This document shows, piece after piece, positions 1 to 11,759 of a stretch of 64,000 nt of DNA (positions are counted from its first letter, which is position 1; each line of letters starts with the position of its first letter). A program made the position numbers and the translations under genes. Under the pieces are notes generated by a model. The model saw only the letters and a list, made by a program, of their open reading frames with translations. It was not told the origin of the DNA and did not search any database. Location: positions 1,487,576-1,551,575 of the forward strand of contig JBJCIZ010000028.1 of the NCBI GenBank assembly GCA_051294375.1. Reading direction: 5' to 3'. The DNA is from Paraspadella gotoi. Lineage: Eukaryota > Animalia > Chaetognatha.

Positions 1-1577
1 CCCTTCGAGAACGCCTTCGTCCGCTCCGTCGACGGCGTCCGCCTCCATCTCGTCTTCGTCAAACAGCGCGACCTCCTCCTTCCTCTCTGCCCGACCGTCG
101 TCTACTTCCACGGAAACGCGGGCAACGTCGGGCATCGTCTCGCCAACGTCGCCGCGCTGCATCGACGATTCGGGTGCAACGTCCTCTTGGTCGAGTATCG
201 AGGATACGGGAAGAGCGAGGGACGGCCCGGGGAGACGGGATTCTACAGGTCAGCTCGTTTTTGTGATTATGTAATAAAATGGGTGATGGTAAAGGGGCAA
301 CTCACCAGTGAGAAAGTGGTATTTATTGTACGATTGATTATCTATTGTTAGATGGCTTAGTTGCAAAGCAGTTGTTGTATGACTTGTTATAATCGAGTTC
401 ATAATTTAACCTCTAACCAATGAATTACAGAAGTAAAAGAATGAGTAGCAGAGATCCTTTTGTCATAAATCAGGGACGCGCGGACGGCGATGGAATATCT
501 GCGTCGGAGAGGAGACGTGGACAAACGACAGATCGTCGTCTTCGGGAGATCATTGGGCGGCGCCATGGCAACCTACTTGGCGTCAGATCCTAGGTGTGGG
601 GGTGGTAGTAGTGTGTGTGTGAGAGACCAAGAGTGTGTCATTGTTAGTTTGATACAAATAATATTTCACTTAAATAAGGTGAATAAACGTGTAAGTAAAA
701 TTTCTTTTGTTGATCTTTTTGTCGCTCTTTCTTTCTCTCTCTCTCTCTCTCTCTCTCTCCTTTTTCTCAAGCTACTCCGACTTGATCCGTTTCGCCGTGG
801 TGGAGAACTCCTTCACCAACATCCCGGAAGTGGCTCGAGTCCTCTTCGACTTCAGCCCGATTCGTCTTCTTCCCGATTTCGTCTTCAAGAATCAATTTCC
901 CAACGACGTCCACTCGAGGAAGATCCGAGTTCCCGTCCTCTTCCTCTCCGGATCCGATGACGCCCTCATTCCCTCTTGGATGATGAGGAAGCTGCACGAG
1001 GTTTGTATGATTGATTGATTGGTTTGTTGCCGCGTATTGTCACTACCCGTTGTCTATCATCACCTTAATATCGCAAAAAGAGTGACGGGCCGGTTGAACC
1101 ACCTTGAGCCAACGGCCGAATCCGAAGTTGAGAAAAACCAAACGACAGTCGAAAAAGTTTCACTAAGTGTGGGTGCTCTCCACGCTGTCAGCAGAGTGGC
1201 ATCTTATTTTATCCCCGTTATTTTATATCCATTTGCACTAAACAAACAGCCAAGATATCAATACCACTACCCACCCCCCCTCCTCTTCCCCCCAGATTTG
1301 CTCGAGTCCCTTCAAGAGATTCGTCTCCTTCGAATCCGGGGGCCACAACGACACTTGGCAAAGTCCCGGTTACTACGAAGCCTGGAACGACTTCGCCGGC
1401 GAAGTCGCTCAGTTCTACGCCAACCGCGAGTCCGCCGCCGCCGCTTCGCCCGCGTCGTCCGCCGCTCCCGACGCCGCCGCCGCCGCCGCAGCCACAACCT
1501 CCTCGGATCTCAAAGCGTCCGAGTCTTTCACTCTTTTGATGCCTCGACCCACGGACGACATTTTCGAACCTCATTGA
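1..1577 (+). CDS. ABHD13: ABHD13-like alpha/beta hydrolase (5' part outside window); exons <1-248, 474-593, 772-1000, 1296-1577
   Basis: Spliced translation gives YFHGNAGNVGHR, VEYRGYGKSEG, nucleophile elbow FGRSLGG, VENSFT, Asp in SGSDDALIP and His in GGHNDTW. GT-AG introns have consistent phases. Confidence 0.88.
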
Positions 1578-1860
1578 TATATATGTGTCTCTCTCAATAA
1601 CAAACAAATGTAAACTATATATTTGTTTAAATATAATTGAACGATTATTTATTTCGCGAAGGATTTTTTTTTTTTACCAGTTTTCAATCTCCCCCTCTTT
1701 TTTTTGATAACTGTTATTCCACTGCTCGTTTTCTTTAGTTAAGCTTTTCTCCGCATCTCGCGCAGTTAAAGATACTAGATATAACGAAAAGGGCTCGACT
1801 AATATTACATCTGCAGTTCTATCTGCAGTTCTATCCGCAATTTCCCGTCTTTTCCAAGAA

Positions 1861-2892
1861 ATGGTTTCGGCGCAACCGACGATGACCGAAGCTTTAGAAA
1901 CTCACCTTCGATCGTTGATGGGGCAGATCGACGGACTGCACTGCATCATCATCACCGACCGGTGAGGTTCGGGGGGGGGGTTGCTGCTGTTGTTTTTGTT
2001 GTTGTTGATGATGATGGTGGTGGTGGTAGAAAGGGCTAGAACTAATGGTCGTCATTGTAGTCTTACCTTTCTGGTTATTTAATACTTAATATTTAATACT
2101 TGACATCCGCCTCGTTTCTCTTTCGCCTTCTATTAATTTGTTCATTTTCCTACGCCGTTTAACAGTTAACCATACTAAAAATAGTTCATACTTCTTTGTC
2201 CACTCTTCTAAGTCCGCTCACGGATAAACTAAACTGAATGTCCGCACGCTGATAAATATTCCATCCCATTATCTTCGACCATGACCCCCTCCGTCTCTGT
2301 TTGCCCAGCGACGGCGTGCCCGTCTTAAAAGTGACGGACAACTCGTTGCCCTCCCTGGCGACGCGGCCGCCTTTCCTCGCCACCCTCGCCATGGGCGCCG
2401 AGCAGCAGGCCAAGTTGTCCGTCGGCGCCTCCAAGTCTCTCGTCTGCCTCTACGACACTTATCAAGGTTAACATCTAAAATGCAACCAATATCAAAGAAT
2501 GTGCAATTGTGCATTGTCAGATTTATTATTAGTCTGTATAATATTTAATTATGAAAAACGTAAAATTATGTACTTGGAAATCTATTTGTAAATTCTTGAT
2601 TTAATTTGAGAATTTAACTGTTATCAACTACAACTACGGTAATCTAATTCAAATTCGATATGTAGAGACGAAATCTAAATCTACGTCCAACTCTAAATGT
2701 AACTACCAAATCTAAATCTTAAACCCCCTTTCAGTCGTGGTCCTCAACAAAGCCCCTCTCCTCGTGAGCCTCATCGCATCTGAGACTTCGAACACTGGTC
2801 AGCTCTTGGAGATCGACTCTTTGATGACTCCGCTCTTGGATTATCTCGTCCCCGCTCTGGCCACGGACTCTCTCGCTCCCACCATGGTGTGA
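1861..2892 (+). CDS. LAMTOR3: Ragulator subunit LAMTOR3 (MP1); exons 1861-1961, 2309-2466, 2735-2892
   Basis: Spliced product contains GLHCIIITDRDGVPVLKV, RPPFLATLAMGAEQQAKLSVGASKSLVCLYDTYQVVVLNKAPLLVSLIASETSNTG, typical of MP1/LAMTOR3. Intron phases match. Not in the ORF track. Confidence 0.9.
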
Positions 2893-4448
2893 AGACGCTA
2901 CGAACTATCTCGCGCCCACTATGGTGTGAAGTCGATAGTTCTTGCATCACGAAATCAAATCGACGATTTTCGCTCGCCGAAAAATTAAATCATGGGTGAC
3001 CCATTTTGAAATCCCCCCCCCCATTTTTCTAAAACTCTCCCAACTGTGATGAAATAAGGAAATGAGGAAATGATGAAATGAGGAATGATGAAATGAGGAA
3101 AAAAGCGTCGCTCGGATTCGCTGGTCGTCGTCCTTCCTCGATTCTCATTCACTCTCTTCGTCTTTCGATTTTTAAAATTAATTTCGGTTACATCATTTCC
3201 TTTTCGATATCGAGTTTCTGTTTCCTATAAAAAGATTTGACTTTTAAAAGATCGACGCGTTGGGTAAATTTCATTGGCGACGCTTTTCTTCGCTTCGCTA
3301 CTGATTGACTGAGTCCCTTTTTCGACACCAAATATTTAAAAATGTCTGCCGTCGACATCGCACCGAATGGCGAACGTTCGAACGATCGGGGACGCCAACA
3401 CCCTCGCTATCAAGTTTTTTTCCTGAAGACCCCCCCCCCCCAAATAGGGTGGACCTTTTTGGTTGACCATGCGGTCGTCGTCCCGAGAGGGGACGTCGCG
3501 GCGGTCGACCTGTACTGCCGCGAAATCTCCGCCGCCGCGCAATTTTATCTCGGTTGCTCAATCGTGACTTGGAAAAAAATATCGTTTCGTCGGAGAGAAT
3601 CGCCGGCCCGAATCCTTAATGACCTCCCTAAGTCGTTGGCGGCGGAGGAGGAAGCGGAAAATGACTACTTCAGGCCAGAAGGGGTTACTAAGTTTCTGTG
3701 ACAGAGAAAAGAAAATTGAAGTCCTGGAATTCTTTAACTCCGCTTCTTACGCGTCATTCTGTTGCGATACATGACATGAATCTTTTGACAATTATCTCTT
3801 TATTTCCTTGTTATTATTGATTACTATGATTGTTATTTTGCCCCGTTTCATTAGCAAAATTATCCAGTCGAAATTCGTTTCGCATTTTCCTTTTGTTTGA
3901 TTCGATTATATGAAATCCAAGCTTTTGTTTAATTTTGTTTACAGTCATCGCAAGTAAATTTTATAAAAAAATTCTTGCATCGATTTCGTCACTTTTCTTC
4001 GTTCCGCCGTCATTATTATTTAGTTTTGAAATACTTGGATTTTCTTACGTTTAAAACTTTAAATATAATTTAATTATTAACATCTTAAGCTTTAAATGCC
4101 AAAGTTTTTGAAAATAAGTCTTGCAACAGATTTATGTCAGGTTTCTCATCCCATGCATTTAACCCGATTCGCCTTCAAAGTTTTTTTCACCATCTAATCT
4201 CAGTTCGATCGACTTGGGAGAAAAAAAAAAACTTGTTTTGGTCATTTTAAACTTTTTCGAGAAAAAAAAAAAGGATCCGCCCGGAGATGACGATGCGTCT
4301 ATTTTTAGATTCGAGATTCGTGACGGATTCGTTCCCCTTCCTTTTCGTTCCGATCGGCGTTAGAAGAGTCGAAAACAACTTATTAATTGAATTAATTATA
4401 ATAAAATTATTATAATTTATAATATAACAAGTTATATTTTTAAAGGCA

Positions 4449-4503
<55 letters not shown>

Positions 4504-4666
4504 CAATTTCTTTTCACAAACTATCTCTGTCCTCACCTTCACCTGTCCCTAATAAAAAACTGAACCACTATCCTTTCTCTCAAACTCTGTGTTGGAAACT
4601 TTGCTCTGTCTCTCTCTCTCTCTCTCTCTCTTTTTTATGCACAAAATTCTCTTCAAATTCACAAAT

Positions 4667-4720
4667 TGAATTGGCGCTGAAGAAGACTCGTATGTGAGTC
4701 GAAACATGTCGGTTTCACTA
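4667..4720 (+). ncRNA. Minimal type-I hammerhead ribozyme-like motif (Penelope-like element type), stem I weak
   Basis: CTGAAGA (4677-4683), then hairpin GACTC-gtatgt-GAGTC, then GAAA (4701), palindromic ACATGT and GTC, followed by AATAAA. Confidence 0.55.
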
Positions 4721-4827
4721 TGAAATAAAAATCGTTGTTAAATCTCTCTTCAAACTTTGTTCTAAATAAAAAAGTTGTAAAATTTTAAGGATGTCATGAC
4801 TCCAGACGTTTCAAATGTTCAAATATA

Positions 4828-5050
4828 TGAAATTGGTACAACTAATATAAAAATTATCCATTCGTTTAATAAATAAGCTATCTCGCCCCTGACTTTGGAC
4901 AGGCTTTGCTGGTTTAAGGCCTCCATCACTCTTACAAGATAATGACATAGCAGGTCCCTGCAAGCTTTCAATCAAGACTCTCTCACAGTCCGTTTATTCA
5001 CTCCCAGAGTACCTGGCTTCCTTATCAATGAAGTGGTTAATATTTCAAAG
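4828..5050. repeat. Dispersed interspersed repeat (retroelement/SINE-like fragment), copy A
   Basis: Sequence aattggtacaac..aaaattatccatt..aaataagctatct.gcccctgactttgga..cctccatcactcttacaagataatgacatagcaggtccctgca recurs at about 27280-27440, 44757-44903, inverted at 50812-50930, with partial copies at about 22065 and 49705. Confidence 0.8.
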
Positions 5051-7178
5051 ATTGTTTCAATTGTATGAAAGTATTAGATCGGGGAATACTGTATTGTACA
5101 TATATATATATATGTATTTTGATGCTGGGTGGAGTACAATATATATATATAATATTATATTATATATATAAGAAGCGTAAATGTCTGACAGATCGGAATG
5201 CGTCGTTTGTTCATGTTTAATTGTTATACTAAATTTATATAAATACATGTATTCGGTTAAAAATATGGATTTCCATAAAACCGGCTCCGCATTGGCGTTC
5301 ATCCGCCCACGCGCCCGCATTTCAGGTTTAATTGTTACAAAGTTCGACGACCGAGAGACAAAAAATAAGAATTCCATCATGACTCTGCTTCCTTTGTTTA
5401 AGTTTTGTTATGTTTTCCCTTCGTTGAAGGCTTCAATCTCGACACAGTTGCCCAGGATTCCCCGTCGTAAAATTATTTTTATCGAAAGGAATTCCTTTTT
5501 CTCTCAATTAAATTTCTTAACGAATCAAATAATTTTTATCAGCCTTTTTTTTTAGCTCGTGATCGTTTTTAAATTATTCCCAGTCATCACTCTTGACGAA
5601 TAAAACTTTGAATAACTGCGTTATTAACGGTTATTAACGGTTATTAACGGTCGTGAAAATATCGTGTTAATTATCTGACGATGTATATCAACATTTAAGC
5701 GCTAATCTCAGAGACGGAATATGTTATTTTGGTTGTCCTGTAAAATTTAAAAGATAAGATCCGACGACAAACCGCCCCCCCAAAAAAGAGTAATATCGAG
5801 AGGAACGGATTAACCGTTTGGATTCATTTGGATTCGCGTCGACGAGAATTAGATTAGTTTCAACGCCCTCGCTCTCTTTCGTTGCTATGGTGATTGAGGA
5901 ATTGGATTAGATTAGAATTGGATTAGAATTCGATTAGTTTCACCGACCTCGTTCTCTTTCGTTGCTAAGGATATTGAGGAATTAAGAATGTCCCCATTGT
6001 CCCCCTGCCCTTTGGAGACGAGTTAAAAAGTTAGGAAGACAAAGAAGTGACCTTATGGGATATTACCTGAGTGCAAAGTCCTGACCTCCAGACAACAAGC
6101 TGCGTTGGGAACCGATGCTGGGACATTGCTCATTGCTCACGTCCTTCATTTCTACACATGGTTCATTTGAGTCAGGAAGTGCCAAACTCTTCATGTTAAG
6201 TTTAAAAATTCGTTGAAAATGATCCCGTTAAATTCCACTTAATCATTCGCCGGTTGTAAATTTCTTGGTAGTTTTTCTCTTTCGAAAAAAAGTCGAGGGA
6301 AAAAAATGTTGAAGATTTCTCCTCCTCTTCCTCCTCCTTTAGAAGAACCGATTGTCTTTTTAAATCTTAATCGAGTCAAGATTCAAAATCAGTTCAACCA
6401 CTTTTTTCCATGAGACCGACTTCACCTCCAGAAAAAAAAACCTACAAGCAAATCCACACTATATAATCTTAATGCAAAACTTTTGGAATAATGCCTTCGA
6501 AATGAAACATTTTTCTAGTCACTTTGTTAAATATTAAACGACTGCATTATATGAATAATATTTTTGCTCCACTTCTCTGGGTTTGAAGGACTGAAAAAAA
6601 AAAAGACAAGTTTTTCTTCCTTGAAACATCTCTAAGAACCCAACTACGATTCGAGGTTAGTTCTTAAATAGATTTTAGTCAAGAAGTTTATTGTTCAACA
6701 AGAAAACGGTTACGATGTTTTCTTTTCTCTTGGGATGAAGAGAAAGGCCGAGGTGCGGCCCGAGAATAACACTCACATTCATCATCCACTTTATTTTTCT
6801 ACAACGCTCCTCCTCATTTTGTTTCGTTTAATTTTCATCATACGTCATTCAACTTTGTTTCATTTTCTCTCCATCTTTCCAGTTTTTTTAAAGAAAGTTC
6901 CGCCGATCCGTCGAATCGACTTCGATCAAAAAAGGACGACGACGACGACGACGATGATGTCGCTTCCCTTTTCGAACTTAATTTTCTTATAAAAGAAAAA
7001 GAAATCAATCGGGTTCCGTAAAAAAAGTTGTAGGCGATTTTAACTCGTTCTCTCTTTTCGTCCGAAGATGGATTGAGGAGTGAGATTGAGAGGGAGATAC
7101 AGAAGAGATTTGAGGGAGAGAGAGAGAGATCTACCGACGTTTTATAACAACAACAACAACAACAACAAAAAAAAAACA

Positions 7179-8171
7179 ATGGCGCGAAATCCGCAAACGT
7201 TCTCCATCGTCGTTGAATCCATAGACCAACGATTGACTCGCGAAGGACACGAATGGGCGGGGCACCCCCGGCGTCGCCTCCCTGCGGAAGAGGAGCTGCC
7301 TCCGCCGCAGCCGGACGACGACGCCGCCGCCCGCCGTCTGGTCGAAGTGGAGCCGGAACTCCGGGAGACGGTGACGCGGATGACGAGGGAGTTCGAGGAG
7401 AGATTCGTGGAAGCCTTTGACGAACTCGGCGACCAGTTGGACTTTGATCGAGCGACGGCGGATCAGACTTTTCACGGGATCATCTCGTCCACTTTTCAAG
7501 AGGGAATCAGTTGGACGAGGATCGTCGCTTTGTTGTGTCTCAGCGGAGCCATGGCAACCAAATGCGTGGCGCTGGGGATGCCGGAGTTGGGTAAGAGGGG
7601 GAGACCGGGTTGGGAGGGGGTGAAGATGGAAAGGAGATGGGGGTAGGAGGGAAAGGAGAGGGGGGGGGAGAAGGGAAAGGAGAGGGAGGGCTATGTAGAA
7701 AATAATCGGAAATAAGGAGAAAGGGAAAGAGATATAGAATGAGAGTTGGTAAGAAAGGGGAACAAAAGAAGTGAAAAGATGAGAATTGGGTCTTTCAATC
7801 TCATTTACATATTGTGGTATTAAACTTTAATCGCTTTATATTAATTTCAAAGTTTCATATTAGATAGTTTTTTTCGTATTTATTTATTAGTTTTATTAAA
7901 AGAGAAATGGAACCCTTTAAAGATTATTTTCTTCCTTGTTGACTTCCCCTCCTCTTCAACTGGCTCGCGTATTTTAGCGAGAGAGATATTTTGATTTTCA
8001 CATTCATTGCCGATTTGTCTAATTCGGTTATTTTCGCTTTATCTTGTAATTATTTGAGGGAGGTTTACCTCCATCCCGCTATCATTGATCAATATTTCCA
8101 ATTAGGCTAATGATCGAGAGGAAGTGTGGGAACGTTGAAAGAGTAAAAGGAAAAAGAGAGAGAGAGAGAGA

Positions 8172-8204
<33 letters not shown>

Positions 8205-8958
8205 CTGAAAGGAGGGACGAATAGAGAGAGGCAGGAGGAGAGATGATGGGAACAAAAAGAAGGGGATGAATGTCTTATCGCCGTTGAGGTGAGCTAAAGT
8301 AATTTCAAAATATTTATTAAAAATATAAAAGTATGGCAACAGCCGGGTTGCCTGTGATGCCCATTGGGATGGGGCATCTCTCTGTTGGCTTTGGGGGCTT
8401 CCGACTCTCAGTGACGCCTCCAGTCACTGGCGCGGTTACCCTTGGACGGTCTCGCTTTGCCAACGCAGAGGGAAGTCGTTAGGATGGTGTGTTCCCCCTA
8501 TGAGCCAATGGTATTGGCTGAACGATGGTGGATGTTAGGCGTTGCGAATATACCGCCACAAAAGATTGATATTAATATGAAAATCTTACTAAAAAGGTTA
8601 ACCAAAACTTGATTATTTATAAAGTTTCACTGTCAAAAACCCTTAGTGACCCTCTTCACAAGGAACAATTTTAATTAATTTAATGATCAAGATTAACCCC
8701 GTGTGACACCGTTTCCCCCCCCCCTTTCTCTCGTCTCCAGTGGACGACGTCGCCGAATGGACAGTCCGCTACTTCGATCATCACCTCCACGAGTGGATGA
8801 GCGACCACGGCGGGTGGGAAGGCTTCCTCCACTTTTACCAAAACCAAGATCACGTGGACGGCGGTTGGAGAGGGTTCAGCGCCAGCCGGGTCTTGGGCTA
8901 CGCGGCTGGACTCGTCGGGGTCCTTACCATCGGAGCCTTCCTGGGGCAGCGGGCCTGA
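7179..8958 (+). CDS. Bcl-2 family protein, Bcl-2/Bcl-xL-like architecture (BH4-BH3-BH1-BH2-TM); exons 7179-7590, 8741-8958
   Basis: BH4-like SIVVESIDQRLTREGHEW; BH3-like ETVTRMTREFEERF..AFDEL..QL; BH1 TFQEGISWTRIVALL; BH2 WMSDHGGWEGF; C-terminal hydrophobic anchor VLGYAAGLVGVLTIGAFL. Phase-1 GT-AG intron. Confidence 0.9.
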
Positions 8959-10378
8959 AGATCCTCTCGGGAGGGTGGGTGTCTGTTTGACGATTTGGCT
9001 TTCTGTATAAGGAAACGTTGTTCAGCAGCATGGAAACCAAAATATTCATCATGATTATAATCATTAATGAACGTTAAATTATGCCAAGTAGAAAACTGGT
9101 TCAAATCTTCCTTGTCTTAAGTAGCATCGGCGTTGAGAGAGAGAGAGAGTGAGTGAGTGAGTGAGAGAGAGTGAGAGAGAGCGTGGAGTCTGCTTTTCTC
9201 GATCGATATATTTACTAAAACGCATCGAATTTTATTATTATATTATAACAATTCATCCACATCTTTTTGGCTTTTTTTATTTTTGTATGTTTTTCGTTTT
9301 GTTTTTTTTTTCTTGTTTTGTCTGTGCGAAAAAAAGAAAGACGCCTCTGTCAGTTGATCATGTTCAATCAGTCGTATTATCAAATACCAATTTATTCTTT
9401 TTAAAACTGACGAAACAAATGGTAATGTTTTTTTTTAAATAAAAGATCCCTCGATTTCGTACATATTTATTCTGTTTATCGTGATAATTTATTATTAGTT
9501 CATATGACCGTTTTTACGTGTAATCTTGAAATTTTGTCACCGTTAATAATCTCTCTCTCTTCTGATTGTTGGATCGTGTCTGTAAAATTTTCTTTTTATT
9601 TTCCTCCCTTTTTTTTCCATCCCAGGAATAAAGCAGGAGCATACTGCCTATCATAGCGACATAGCGCGACATAAACACTTTTTTTTCCGTCTACCAGATT
9701 AAATTAAATTAAATTATACTCCTATGAATGCGTCAACTCGCTTTAGATTTTTTTATTTTTTTAATTTTCTCGATTCGATTTGTTGTAACTTACGATTTAG
9801 GGGAAAAGTGAAAAGTAATAATTAAAAAAAAGCATTGCGATTATTGATAGGGTTATTTTTCATTTTTATGCCCAAAATATTAGCCAGATATCTAAGCTAA
9901 AGTGAAACATTTTATCGGGGGGAAATATCTTAAGCTTAGCTCGTCTTTACTCCTCATTTTTTATTTTGCGTTTCCAGATTCGTTTAAAACGTATCTAATA
10001 ATCAGTTTGCTCTCGCTGTTGACAATCGTACGTTAAAATATGCAGCTAAGTTAATTCTACTATTCGAGTTAGTAATTTTCTGTGTCAAATAATCATGGTA
10101 CGATCTCTCCTCGGAATGGCAACGGCCCAGCCAATCTACAAAGATGACGGGCCAGTTTGTAATTCGAGCAATGTGACGGTTTAATTGTAAAAAGAAAAGT
10201 ACTCTTGGCCGGTTCGGGCCATTTTAAACTTTTGGCCGGTTCGGGCCATTTTAAATCGAGCGCCGTCTTACGATTGTTACCTCAAGCCTGTCGCGGTTCG
10301 CCAAGGATCACTCCCACTTAATCGAGCTCCACCTCCGTCAGTCCAACCTCCCAACTCCTTCAACTTCCGTCAACGAAC

Positions 10379-11728
10379 ATGTTGGGCCGATTCTCCAAGT
10401 TTCTCAACCACGCCGTGGAAGCCCTCGCTCCCGCTCAGTCGAGTCTGGACGATTTCGAGTTCCACTGGCGGGCCACCACCGGTTATTTTCTCGAGAATCG
10501 AGACGCAAAGGCGCCGCTGCACGAGACATCTATTCCTGGTGAGAAGGGGTAGTTGTTGTCGTTGTTATGATCGTCCTCATGTAGTCTACGAGAAAGAGGC
10601 TTGATTTTCTGACGTTTAATCGTTGTTAAATATCGTAAACGTCGATGATATTTTGAATTAAGTCGTGACACCTGTGTTGCGGTCATGTCTCGAAAAAGAC
10701 GTCAAGTAATTTCGATGTTCTCCTGTTGTTGCCATGTTTTAAATCCATTTGCTACGATTTTGATATTCAATTTAAAAGTAAAGAGATAAAAAAATAATTA
10801 AATGAATGTATTTTACCAACAATGACCACTTTATATTGTAAATGTCGCCATCTGAATGACCTGAACAAACTCTTGTGGAATCTCGATTGGATCTTTGTAG
10901 AAATCCGTATAAACATTTGTGGATTTAATTCATTCATTGATTGTCTTATTTAAATAAAGATTCATTGATTGTTCATTCATTCGCCATTGCTAATTATTTA
11001 ATTGATTCATTACTCTTATCTCCCCTCAGCTATCATGAGTTAATGATTATTGATTAATGCTGCCCGCATTCTGTGGCATATGAGCAATGCCGAGACTCTT
11101 TAAGCTGCCCCTTTGGTCTGCAGCCACCCATCGACTCTTTAGGTGGTCCGCAAGGTTTGCCCCCTAACAGTGGTGCATCGGTGATTTAGTGGTAGAATAC
11201 TCTCCTGCTACATGGGTGGCCCGGGTTTGATTCTTGGGTGGCTGCAAACCAAAGGGGCAGCTTAAAGACTCTCGGCATTGCTCATATGCCACAAGACGCG
11301 GGCAGCAGGTCATCAACAGTTTAATTAGCCCAGAGTCACTACACTGTTATAATATATCAAGAGAGAAATACAATGGAACAGTAGCCACACGTAAGTGAGC
11401 ACAAAGGAATCACTAAGAAAACACAAAGAAGTACCCAACACCTCTGCTATAAAATATTAATCCTTAACTCATGAAAGCTGAGGGGAGAAAAGAGTAATAA
11501 ATCAATTAAATAATTATCAATGGCGAATGAATGAATAATCAATGAATCTTTATTTAAATACGACAATCAATGAATGAATTAAATCCACAAATGTTTATAC
11601 GTATTTCCACAAAGATCCAATCGAGATTCCACAAGAGTTTGTTCCTGACGCTGAACACTTAACAATTCAGGTCACCTAAACTCGATGCTCAACCTTCTTT
11701 GTGATGAAGAATCTCGCTTCCTCGACTC

Positions 11729-11759
<31 letters not shown>

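Noticed and set aside
2866-2932. Duplication of about 28 bp at the LAMTOR3 3' end, including the stop codon
   Set aside because: The second copy lies after the stop; small local duplication with no evident consequence.
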